From an uncultured virus (IMG/VR IMGVR_UViG_3300030330_002762) (Duplodnaviria; Heunggongvirae; Uroviricota; Caudoviricetes): a DNA stretch of 20,000 bases. A program made the position numbers and the translations under genes. Below, piece by piece: positions 9,619 through 17,494 of this stretch. Positions within the stretch are counted from its first letter, which is position 1, and each line of letters begins with the position of its first letter. The DNA lies in the IMG/VR virus record IMGVR_UViG_3300030330_002762; one strand, 5' to 3'. The notes beneath the pieces were generated by a model. That model saw only the letters and a list, made by a program, of their open reading frames with translations. It was not told the DNA's origin and did not search any database.

Positions 9619-10880
9619 TGAAATTTATAGGTCAGTTTATACAAGATCTTATAGCTAGGTTTCGCAATGATGTTTATTTAGAAGGAACAGAAACTGGTAC
9701 AATTGCTAGCGGTGGTAATCTTGGTTTAGACTCTAATAATAAAATTGTTAAAGCAGCTAGTGGTAGTGGTGATTTAACTATTACAAACGCTAGCGATAAT
9801 AGAATTGTAACGTCAACTGGTGGTACTGGTCTGAATGCTGAAGCAAATTTTACTTATAACGGGGCAAACGTTGAAATTGCTTCTACTGGTAATGGTCCAA
9901 ATTTTAATCTTCGTACAAGTAGTACTACAGCTGCACATAATCCTTCTTTAAACTTTGTGAGTGATGATACAACTGGTTCTGATGGCGACGAGCTAGGTTT
10001 AATACAGTTTAATGGATATAACGATAGTGGAGGTGTTTTATCTTATGCTAATATAGAAGGATCAATTTCTTCTGCTACAGCTGGGTCTGAAGGTGGCAAA
10101 CTAACTATTAGTGTTGCTTCACATGACGGTGACTTAGAAGAAGGTTTGGTAATACAAGATGGTGACGCTGACGGCGAAGTAGATGTAACAATAGGAGCTG
10201 GGGCAGCATCTACGACAACAGTATCTGGATCGCTTGCTGTAGGTACAACCGTTATAACAGACGATCAAATACAGTTTACGCCATCGACAGATGATACAGC
10301 CACTATAGCTGCTGGTGCGGGTGGTGTACTGAATATAACAACAGTTGATGATGCTGGAAGAAACGCGGAGCTTAACATTACGGCTGACGGTATAATAAGC
10401 ACTACTAGCTCTGCGAGCCAGATAAATACAACGTATGATTTTCAATCAACCACTTTTGAAAACCTTCTAACCGCAGGTAAGCCAAGTGGTAAGATAATAA
10501 AATACTCACCTGCTACAAATGCCACACTAACTGCGGGTCAAGTGCATTACTTAAGAGATACTGGATCATGGTTGCTAGCTGACGCTGACGGTGTGTCAAC
10601 ATCATATGGTTTATTAGGCTTAGGAATGGGTGGATCATCTCAAACAGTGGGTGTTATGATTCAAGGTTTTATGAGAATACCTAGCGCAGAGATATTAAAC
10701 ACACCAACAAATGTTGATGGTCTACCAGTTTATTTAGGAACAGAAGCTGGTCACTTTGATTTTACAGCACCGTCTGGCTCTGGTGATATTGTAAGAGTAT
10801 TAGGATATGCAATTGACGATCATCTTGGAGACGTTTTAATTTACTTTAATCCAGATAGAACTTTTATAGAAATAGCATAA
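9618..10880 (+). CDS. Tail fibre / receptor-binding-like structural protein
   Basis: 420 aa, very G/S/T/A/D-rich beta-strand-like sequence (GGNLGLDSNNKIVK, NRIVTSTGGTGLNAEANFTY); C-terminal 'VYLG..AG....TAPSGSGDIVRVLGYA' segment typical of phage fibre/decoration domains. Confidence 0.65.
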   Translation: MKFIGQFIQDLIARFRNDVYLEGTETGTIASGGNLGLDSNNKIVKAASGSGDLTITNASDNRIVTSTGGTGLNAEANFTYNGANVEIASTGNGPNFNLRTSSTTAAHNPSLNFVSDDTTGSDGDELGLIQFNGYNDSGGVLSYANIEGSISSATAGSEGGKLTISVASHDGDLEEGLVIQDGDADGEVDVTIGAGAASTTTVSGSLAVGTTVITDDQIQFTPSTDDTATIAAGAGGVLNITTVDDAGRNAELNITADGIISTTSSASQINTTYDFQSTTFENLLTAGKPSGKIIKYSPATNATLTAGQVHYLRDTGSWLLADADGVSTSYGLLGLGMGGSSQTVGVMIQGFMRIPSAEILNTPTNVDGLPVYLGTEAGHFDFTAPSGSGDIVRVLGYAIDDHLGDVLIYFNPDRTFIEIA

Positions 10881-10881
10881 C

Positions 10882-11442
10882 ATGAGCTACTTAGACAAAA
10901 CATTAATATTTGAAGAAGATAAAATTTACTACGAAGATAGTGGTATGATATTAGAAATTATGATGGACTGGGAGGACTCAATAATGAAAGCATCCGCGGA
11001 TTATGTTTGTGAAAACGGGGGTGATATATTAGAGTTTGGTTTTGGTATGGGTATATCAGCTGGATATATTCAAGCTAACAATATAAACTCTCACACAATA
11101 ATAGAGAATCACCCGCAGATAATAGAGAGGCTTAGGCTCTGGGCAACTGACAAGCCTAATGTTAAAATAATAGAAGATGACTGGCACAATATAAAAGACT
11201 CTTTATTTGTTTACGATGGTATATTTTACGATACATATGGAGAACAAGACTGGAGTAGATTTGCAACTGAGTTACCATCATTTACTAAGTCGGGAACTAA
11301 AGTTACGTGGTGGAATAATAATCCAGAGCAGTCTACTATTCACAGTATAGATGGCGTGGTGTATAGCGCTATTAGTGTAAATCCTCCACCAAACAGTTAT
11401 TTTAATTCTAATGTATATTATTTACCTAAAAAAGAATTTTAA
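10882..11442 (+). CDS. Class I SAM-dependent methyltransferase, GAMT/Rmt2-like
   Basis: MMDWEDSIM, motif I ILEFGFGMGI, HTIIENHP and DGIFYDTY follow the motif series of guanidinoacetate N-methyltransferase and arginine methyltransferase Rmt2. Confidence 0.85.
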   Translation: MSYLDKTLIFEEDKIYYEDSGMILEIMMDWEDSIMKASADYVCENGGDILEFGFGMGISAGYIQANNINSHTIIENHPQIIERLRLWATDKPNVKIIEDDWHNIKDSLFVYDGIFYDTYGEQDWSRFATELPSFTKSGTKVTWWNNNPEQSTIHSIDGVVYSAISVNPPPNSYFNSNVYYLPKKEF

Positions 11443-12111
11443 ATGCCCACGATAAACGCAAATAGACAAGGAACAGCGACTGGTACTGTTAGTTCTAATT
11501 TTAATACAGCTAGAACTAGCAATGCAGCCTCTGTAACAGATGGAGACACAGGAGTGTTTACTGTTCAGTATTTTTCTTCTTCAGGTAGAGGTGGTGGAAC
11601 TAAGCGTTTTAAAAGAATGTTTTTACACTTTGATACAAGTAGTATAACACAAACATTATCATCTGCTCACATTGATATAGATGGTCATATTTCTAGCCCA
11701 GACCCTAATGATACTATAATGTTGAAAAGCACAGCGTTTGGAGGTGATGGTGGTACTGCGCTGGCAACGACAGATTTTTTTAGCTCAATAGATTATGGCA
11801 CAGCGTATTCTAACGAATTAACTTCATGGTCAAGCAGTAATAACGAATACACATTAACAGCAGCTGCTTTAGCTGATATTAAAAATAATGATAATTTTAC
11901 ATTAGCTATAGTTGAACATGACAGTGATTTTGCAAATTCAGATCAAGGTGATGGAGCTTATGATATAAACGTAAATCTTGGGGTAACAATAACTTTAGAT
12001 TACACACTAGCGGCTGGATATGGCAATGCAGTTAACGGAGTAGCATCAGCGAACATAGGTAAGATAAATGGAGTAGCAACAGCAAGTATAAGTAAAGTAA
12101 ACGGAATATAA
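11443..12111 (+). CDS. Putative tail-associated beta-sandwich protein (DNRLRE-like) with C-terminal NG[VI] repeats
   Basis: RMFLHFDTSSI....SSAHI.I resembles the 'R..l.FDls.i....sA.L.l' motif of DNRLRE-type domains; S/T/G rich; ends VNGVASANIGKINGVATASISKVNGI. Confidence 0.5.
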   Translation: MPTINANRQGTATGTVSSNFNTARTSNAASVTDGDTGVFTVQYFSSSGRGGGTKRFKRMFLHFDTSSITQTLSSAHIDIDGHISSPDPNDTIMLKSTAFGGDGGTALATTDFFSSIDYGTAYSNELTSWSSSNNEYTLTAAALADIKNNDNFTLAIVEHDSDFANSDQGDGAYDINVNLGVTITLDYTLAAGYGNAVNGVASANIGKINGVATASISKVNGI

Positions 12112-12112
12112 A

Positions 12113-12436
12113 ATGGCGCAGTATACAAAAATTACATCAGAAACCACGACTACTTTAATTGAAAAAGGAGGTCAAAAAGGAGGTGGTATTAGTAAAATAC
12201 TAATAGCAAACTATAGTGATAGTAATGATGTTACTATAGATGTTTTTTTAGAAGACGCAGCGGCTTCCGCATCTACTGACGCTAGCAACAACAAGTATTA
12301 TTTTGTAAATAAAATGGTACTACCAGTTGGCGTTAGCTTGGTTTTAGATGACAGCTTATCTTTTGATGTCAATAAGTATAACTTAAGATTAACAACTGTA
12401 GGCACAGCGCCTTTAGTTTCACTAATAATTAAATAA
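12113..12436 (+). CDS. Small hypothetical structural protein (107 aa)
   Basis: Beta-rich composition, closely abutting neighbours in the tail module. Confidence 0.55.
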   Translation: MAQYTKITSETTTTLIEKGGQKGGGISKILIANYSDSNDVTIDVFLEDAAASASTDASNNKYYFVNKMVLPVGVSLVLDDSLSFDVNKYNLRLTTVGTAPLVSLIIK

Positions 12437-12928
12437 ATGAATTTAGAAGTAATTAGATTTTCTAGTGGTACTGATAGTACAAATGGAATATTATTTGAAA
12501 CCATCGAGCAAGGCAACGATATAGATGGAAGTTTTAAACAAAGAAAATTTTTAGCATACACGCTAGAAGATGAACAACGAAATGAAAAAGTATATGGCGA
12601 AACAAGAATACCAAATGGGACTTACGAGCTGGCTCTTAGAAAAGTTGGTGGATATCACGCGAAGTATTCAAAACGTTTTGCTCACATTCACATTGGCATG
12701 CTTCACGTTACTAATGTTCCTGGTTTTGAGTATATTCTTATACATTGTGGCAATACCGATGAGCATACAGCTGGCTGTCTCCTCGTTGGTGACTCGCAAG
12801 AAAACAACCAAATCACGAAGGACGGTTTTATAGGTAAATCGACTCAAGCATACAAAAGAATATACCCACGCATAGCAGAAGCTATTGATTGTGGAGAAAA
12901 AGTAACAATAACATATAAAACAATATAA
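12437..12928 (+). CDS. DUF5675-family protein (L,D-transpeptidase-like His/Cys motif; possible cell-wall enzyme)
   Basis: YTLED...GETRIPNGTY...NVPGFEYILIHCGNT..HTAGCLLVG matches the DUF5675 signature (TLE, IPxGxY, IHxGN, GCxLVG). Confidence 0.8.
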   Translation: MNLEVIRFSSGTDSTNGILFETIEQGNDIDGSFKQRKFLAYTLEDEQRNEKVYGETRIPNGTYELALRKVGGYHAKYSKRFAHIHIGMLHVTNVPGFEYILIHCGNTDEHTAGCLLVGDSQENNQITKDGFIGKSTQAYKRIYPRIAEAIDCGEKVTITYKTI

Positions 12929-12929
12929 A

Positions 12930-13313
12930 ATGTCTAAATTAAATGCACTAATAAAACTACACAGCAATGATAATGTTGCAGCAAATTTAACTGTAAATTT
13001 TATAAAAGAAAATATTATTGACGTTACCGATGCGGCTAAATCAGAAACTAGAAATATAACTACCTCCACGAATAGCATAGCAACATCATCTGAAAATACT
13101 AGTGGTTTTTATTTCTATGGACAAAACAAAAGTACTGCTGTTACCATAAGATTAAATCTTGAAACAGATGGAACTTCTGGCGCAACATACGCGGCTATAC
13201 CACCGGGGGAGTTTGTATTTTTATTTATTCCAGATACAATTGGTATAGAGGTATCAACAGCTAGTAACGCGGCTAAGTTACACTTTAGTTTATTTCAAAA
13301 ACAATCAAGCTAA
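12930..13313 (+). CDS. Hypothetical structural protein (127 aa)
   Basis: S/T/A-rich ORF with 'IPPGEFVFL' motif, tightly packed in the operon. Confidence 0.55.
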   Translation: MSKLNALIKLHSNDNVAANLTVNFIKENIIDVTDAAKSETRNITTSTNSIATSSENTSGFYFYGQNKSTAVTIRLNLETDGTSGATYAAIPPGEFVFLFIPDTIGIEVSTASNAAKLHFSLFQKQSS

Positions 13314-13315
13314 TT

Positions 13316-14368
13316 ATGAAAAAAATATTATTATTATTAGTGCTTATTAGTACTATTTGCAACGCTCAAATAAAAGATTTTTTTAAATACTCTACGTTTT
13401 ATACATCAATGACAATGGGTACTTCTTTTATAGAAACAGAAGATTATATTGCTGTCGATAAAGGCTATGAAAACGTAACAGAAGTTAATCCTTACGACTA
13501 CAACTTAACGATCGGGTTGAGAAAAATAGCTCGCATGGATTATGAGTATAAGGTTAAAACGTGGTACTATGGGACTGAAGATGGAGTAAGTGATAACGTG
13601 ACGATAGGTAATGCTATTGGTTGGGAGTATTTACTTAACTACTCTTTTATTAGAGAACGTGGTGAAAAGTTTAACAATCAAAACTTTTGGTTGAGATACC
13701 TGGGTAATAGTTGTGTTACTAAACTACAGTATACCGACAACCAAAGAGTTGATTTAAGATTTGGATCTTTTGATACTAGGTTTAGATTAACAAAAGGTAA
13801 TTGGGATTTTACAGTAGGTGCAGTAGCTAGAATACATCCTGTTTATGGTGTAACGCCAATAGACGATTTTTGGGTTCCAGGTGAAAACACGTTTCAAGAT
13901 CTAGCAGAAGACTTTGGGTACGCATCAGAACCTTGGATACAAGGATTTTACATCAACCAAAACTGGTATGATGTTAGTGGTGGAGACTCTCTCCTGATCG
14001 CTACCTCCAATGACGAGTTCTTCCACCACTATTTTGGAGATGCAGTTGCTAGGTTTAATGAGAGAGAATTAGAAAAATTAGGTTTACAAAAAGAACTAAG
14101 TGCTGTTGTTGGTTTAGCTTACTATAAATACACTCCTAAATTATGGCTTCATGTTTGGGCTAACTGCTTGCCATTACACTACGGGTTAGATGAGTATTCA
14201 TTTGAATATGGAAAAGAAAAATATGACAATATTGAGTGGGATGCTGGTATTGTATTTGGCTCAAGGATTACTAAATCACTTGGGATGTTTATTGAAGGGA
14301 CTCACATGAAATACTGGGATAAACCAGTTTATGAGGTGAAGTTTGGTTTTAACTATTTAATATTTTAA
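13316..14368 (+). CDS. Secreted protein, predicted outer-membrane beta-barrel
   Basis: Sec signal MKKILLLLVLISTICNA/Q; Tyr/Trp/Phe/Gly-rich alternating strands; C-terminal ..KFGFNYLIF with terminal Phe (BAM beta-signal-like). Confidence 0.7.
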   Translation: MKKILLLLVLISTICNAQIKDFFKYSTFYTSMTMGTSFIETEDYIAVDKGYENVTEVNPYDYNLTIGLRKIARMDYEYKVKTWYYGTEDGVSDNVTIGNAIGWEYLLNYSFIRERGEKFNNQNFWLRYLGNSCVTKLQYTDNQRVDLRFGSFDTRFRLTKGNWDFTVGAVARIHPVYGVTPIDDFWVPGENTFQDLAEDFGYASEPWIQGFYINQNWYDVSGGDSLLIATSNDEFFHHYFGDAVARFNERELEKLGLQKELSAVVGLAYYKYTPKLWLHVWANCLPLHYGLDEYSFEYGKEKYDNIEWDAGIVFGSRITKSLGMFIEGTHMKYWDKPVYEVKFGFNYLIF

Positions 14369-14370
14369 TT

Positions 14371-15045
14371 ATGAAGAAATATATTATAATACTATTTGCG
14401 TTTATTGGCTCGTTCGCTAACGCGCAGGAATTAGATTTTCAACAACTATGTTTAGATTGTGTAGCACAAAATGGTTTTTATTGTGGTGATGATCCAGCGA
14501 ATTGGACACAATACTCTCCGAATGGTTGTGTACCAAACGGTGCTAACGGTTTAGAATATTTAAATGACGGGTGGGAAGATTGTGTAGATGGATCAGATGA
14601 AAATGGAGCTGTGCCAACACCGGCAGAAGCTTGTGGTCCAATTGGTCCACCAGAGTGTGATACAGTTTTTGTTGAAGTTATTGAATATGAAACATTATTT
14701 GATACAATATACAATACAATATATGAAACAATAATTGAATACGATACAATCGTTCAGATTGAATATATACAACAAACTGATACGGTTATTGTGTACGACA
14801 ATATATCAGATACGTTGTTTATTGAAATACCAATAGTTGAGTATGATACTATTATAGAAATACAATACGAAGAGATCGTAGAGTATATTGATTGTGATTC
14901 AGGATTGCCTTGCAATTCAGGGATGCAAGAGGCGATAGATAAATCGCTTCAAAATTCTGTAATATATAATATAAAGGGGCAGGCGATATTAACAAGAGAA
15001 GGGTTGTACATTGAAAATGGTAAAATTTACTATAAAACAAAATAA
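14371..15045 (+). CDS. Secreted Cys-rich protein: LDL-receptor class A-like motif, acidic DT-repeat stalk, T9SS-CTD-like tail
   Basis: Signal MKKYIIILFAFIGSFANA/Q; GCVP...LNDGWEDCVDGSDE (14524-14601); repeated [YF]DT[IV] units (~14659-14860); ends VIYNIKGQ......GLYIENGKIYYK. Confidence 0.65.
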   Translation: MKKYIIILFAFIGSFANAQELDFQQLCLDCVAQNGFYCGDDPANWTQYSPNGCVPNGANGLEYLNDGWEDCVDGSDENGAVPTPAEACGPIGPPECDTVFVEVIEYETLFDTIYNTIYETIIEYDTIVQIEYIQQTDTVIVYDNISDTLFIEIPIVEYDTIIEIQYEEIVEYIDCDSGLPCNSGMQEAIDKSLQNSVIYNIKGQAILTREGLYIENGKIYYKTK

Positions 15046-15047
15046 TT

Positions 15048-15242
15048 ATGGCTTTTAAAATGAACGGGTGGAGCGCATTCACTAAAGAAACTAGAATGGA
15101 GGGTCCTAAAAACAAAGACACTAAAACTAGAGTATTTAAAGATTATCCACGAAAGAGTGGTGGAGGTATAAATCCATCTGGCAGTGGTAGTGAAGAATAT
15201 ATATACACAGATGATCCACGTCACCCTAATTATAAAAAATAA
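15048..15242 (+). CDS. Small basic protein with MAFKM leader (64 aa)
   Basis: TAATTATG coupling; MAFKMNGWSAFTK start; fills the gap between flanking genes. Confidence 0.7.
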   Translation: MAFKMNGWSAFTKETRMEGPKNKDTKTRVFKDYPRKSGGGINPSGSGSEEYIYTDDPRHPNYKK

Positions 15243-15251
15243 AATACTAGA

Positions 15252-15596
15252 ATGGCTAAAGAACTATCAGAGGACAGTAAGTTTCAAATAAGTGTTAAAA
15301 CCTTAGTGGCAATTGTTATGGCTGTTGCTACGGTTATATCAGCTTATTTCGGGTTAATGGCGACAATAAACTCTAAGTTCTCAGAACTTGAAGGTAAAGT
15401 TGAACAAGCGCTTGAACTACCTAAACCTGGAACAGGTATATATACAATTGACATGGGTGATCCAGCTGCTACTAATACATGGCCACCAACTCGTATGGAG
15501 TTTAACATGAAAGATCAAATGGCTCGTAATCAAATTGATGCGTTGGTAAAAGAAGTTGATGAGTTGAAAGACGAAATAAAACTATTAAGAAAATGA
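15252..15596 (+). CDS. Single-pass membrane protein with C-terminal coiled coil
   Basis: Hydrophobic TLVAIVMAVATVISAYFGLMA; heptad-like IDALVKEVDELKDEIKLL; ATGA overlap with the next gene. Confidence 0.65.
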   Translation: MAKELSEDSKFQISVKTLVAIVMAVATVISAYFGLMATINSKFSELEGKVEQALELPKPGTGIYTIDMGDPAATNTWPPTRMEFNMKDQMARNQIDALVKEVDELKDEIKLLRK

Positions 15597-16000
15597 AAAA
15601 AAGAATAGACGTTACAACTTGGGCTTATATCGCTACTATAGTGATTATATATTTTCTAGGCACAGCAATGGGTTTGACTCAAGAAGTTATTACTGCTAGT
15701 AATTTTGATAGTAAAATAGCTAAAGATATTTCTGTAGTAGAATTTTGGGCAGACTGGAATAAACAAAATCAATTTGCTGAATTAGTTAAATTAAAAGAAA
15801 CAGAAAAGTATAGAGTTGATATAATGAATGATGCCGGTTTACAGGCTGAGTATAATATAACTGCTATACCAACTGTTATTATATTTGACAACGGTGTAGA
15901 AAAACAAAGGTTTAATGCTAATATCATGTTTCAATTAGAGGCCGATAAAAAAACTATACAAAATTCTATTGACACAATAATACTAAATAAATTTCAATAA
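15593..16000 (+). CDS. Exported or membrane-anchored thioredoxin-fold protein lacking CxxC
   Basis: N-terminal hydrophobic segment then VITASNFD, VVEFWADW, YNITAIPTVIIFDNG (cis-Pro loop); WCxxC replaced by WNKQN; no Cys in the protein. Confidence 0.8.
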   Translation: MKKRIDVTTWAYIATIVIIYFLGTAMGLTQEVITASNFDSKIAKDISVVEFWADWNKQNQFAELVKLKETEKYRVDIMNDAGLQAEYNITAIPTVIIFDNGVEKQRFNANIMFQLEADKKTIQNSIDTIILNKFQ

Positions 16001-16002
16001 CC

Positions 16003-16224
16003 ATGGCGTATGTACAAAAAAATAATCCTATAGCTAAAACATCTTGTGGTAGACGTAGAGCTGGTGGTATTGGTAGTGGTTTTAAAAAAATAAAAAGAAC
16101 AAAAATTAGCGCGCCTTGTAAAGCTGCTGCTAAGCGTAAGTTTAAAGTGTGGCCAAGTGCTTATGCCTCCGGTTGGGGCGTTAGGTGTACTCGTAATCCT
16201 CGTAAGTATTTAAAAAGAAAGTAA
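16003..16224 (+). CDS. Small Lys/Arg-rich phage protein (WPSAYASG motif)
   Basis: 73 aa, no acidic residues; CKAAAKRKFKVWPSAYASG..VRC is a motif I recall from marine phage hypothetical proteins. Confidence 0.7.
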   Translation: MAYVQKNNPIAKTSCGRRRAGGIGSGFKKIKRTKISAPCKAAAKRKFKVWPSAYASGWGVRCTRNPRKYLKRK

Positions 16225-16508
16225 TGGCTATATTTAGAGCAACACCTAATAAAAAAAAGAAAACATCTAAGTCAATTACTTGGCACGACTCAGATGCACC
16301 TGATGCTAAAGGTAAGTTTAAAGAACTATCACCATCAGCGCTAGCATCGTGGCTTATTAAAACTAGAAGAGGTAATTTATCTAAAATAATAAGTAGCTTA
16401 AACCAACAGTATGTTTTTAATAGACAAAAGAAACCAAGCTATGCTCGTAAGATGAAGACAGTTATGAATATAGTTAGAAAACGTTTAGGTAAAAAGAAAG
16501 ATGGCTAA
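16224..16508 (+). CDS. Small basic hypothetical protein (94 aa)
   Basis: TAATG overlap with the upstream gene; K/R-rich; MAIFRATPNKK leader. Confidence 0.7.
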   Translation: MAIFRATPNKKKKTSKSITWHDSDAPDAKGKFKELSPSALASWLIKTRRGNLSKIISSLNQQYVFNRQKKPSYARKMKTVMNIVRKRLGKKKDG

Positions 16509-16959
16509 GGCTTATAGAGGTGTTTTAAAAGCTAGAATAAATAAAATATACGGAGGCGATGTTACTATCGATAAGTGTAAGAAATTAAAAGCTAGACCTG
16601 ATGCTACACCAAGAGACAAACAATTATGTAACTGGTTTATTAATATGCAAACAAACAGACCTTCACCAAATAAAAAACGTAAAGACCCTGTAGTTGGTAC
16701 GGGTAAAAAACCTAAAGGTAGTGGTAGAAGATTATATACTGATGAAAATCCTAAAGATACTGTTAGTATTAAGTTTGCTACAGTAGCTGACGCTAGAAGA
16801 ACTATAGCTAAGGTTATTAAAATAAATAAGCCGTATGCTAGAAAAATACAGATACTAACTGTATTAGAACAAAGAGCTGAGGTTATGGGTAAGATGGAGC
16901 AGGCAAGACTTGCTAGAGCGGCAAAGAAAAAACTAAAAGCACAAAGAAAAAATGTTTAA
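16501..16959 (+). CDS. Basic hypothetical protein (152 aa), apparently two modules
   Basis: Overlaps both neighbours by 8 nt; N-module YGGDVT..KC..LK, C-module GSGRRLYTDENPKDTV.IKFAT, joined by RPSPNKK. Confidence 0.7.
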   Translation: MAKAYRGVLKARINKIYGGDVTIDKCKKLKARPDATPRDKQLCNWFINMQTNRPSPNKKRKDPVVGTGKKPKGSGRRLYTDENPKDTVSIKFATVADARRTIAKVIKINKPYARKIQILTVLEQRAEVMGKMEQARLARAAKKKLKAQRKNV

Positions 16960-17494
16960 AAATTTTAACATAGATAGATTTAAAAATATAAAACCACCTG
17001 CTAATGATTCTTTTACTACTATGAAAGAAATTAAGCAGTTAAATACTATACCTATGAATATTTCTAATGTTAAGAAGTTTGATAACATAGAAAAAACTTT
17101 TGCAAATGTTGCTACTAAAAACAATATAACAAATTATCCTAAAGAATTAGTATCTAATTTAATTAAAAAATCTGCACCAATAATAATAAAATTAAAAAAA
17201 CATTTTAACAGACCTAGACCTAAAGTTTTAGCAAAGAGATTAGGCATGAACTTTAAAGACTACGAAATGAGTTCTATGAAAACAGCTTCATATCCTAGCG
17301 GCCACTCAACTCAAGGCATTTTAATAGCAAAAATATTGGCAGATAAATTTCCTAATGCTTCAAAAGACTTTATTAAAGCTGGTAATAATATATCTGATAG
17401 TAGAAATGTAGCTAAAGCTCATTATAAATCAGATAGTAATATGGGTAAAAGGCTAGGTAATGCAATGTATGAACATATAAAAAATAAAGTATAA
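16952..17494 (+). CDS. PAP2 / vanadium-haloperoxidase superfamily phosphatase (soluble)
   Basis: All three catalytic motifs: KKHFNRPRP, SYPSGH, SRNVAKAHYKSD; no TM segments or signal peptide. Confidence 0.85.
   Translation: MFKNFNIDRFKNIKPPANDSFTTMKEIKQLNTIPMNISNVKKFDNIEKTFANVATKNNITNYPKELVSNLIKKSAPIIIKLKKHFNRPRPKVLAKRLGMNFKDYEMSSMKTASYPSGHSTQGILIAKILADKFPNASKDFIKAGNNISDSRNVAKAHYKSDSNMGKRLGNAMYEHIKNKV

Noticed and set aside
12570..12833. Alternate-frame + ORF (87 aa, hydrophobic middle) nested in the DUF5675 gene, considered as an embedded holin or spanin
   Set aside because: No lipobox or convincing start context; explicable as a frame shadow. Conservation analysis would be needed to revive it.
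14659..14860. DT repeats as a DGR variable region or nucleotide tandem array
   Set aside because: Similarity is at protein level with irregular spacing; no template/variable repeat pair or reverse transcriptase in the window.
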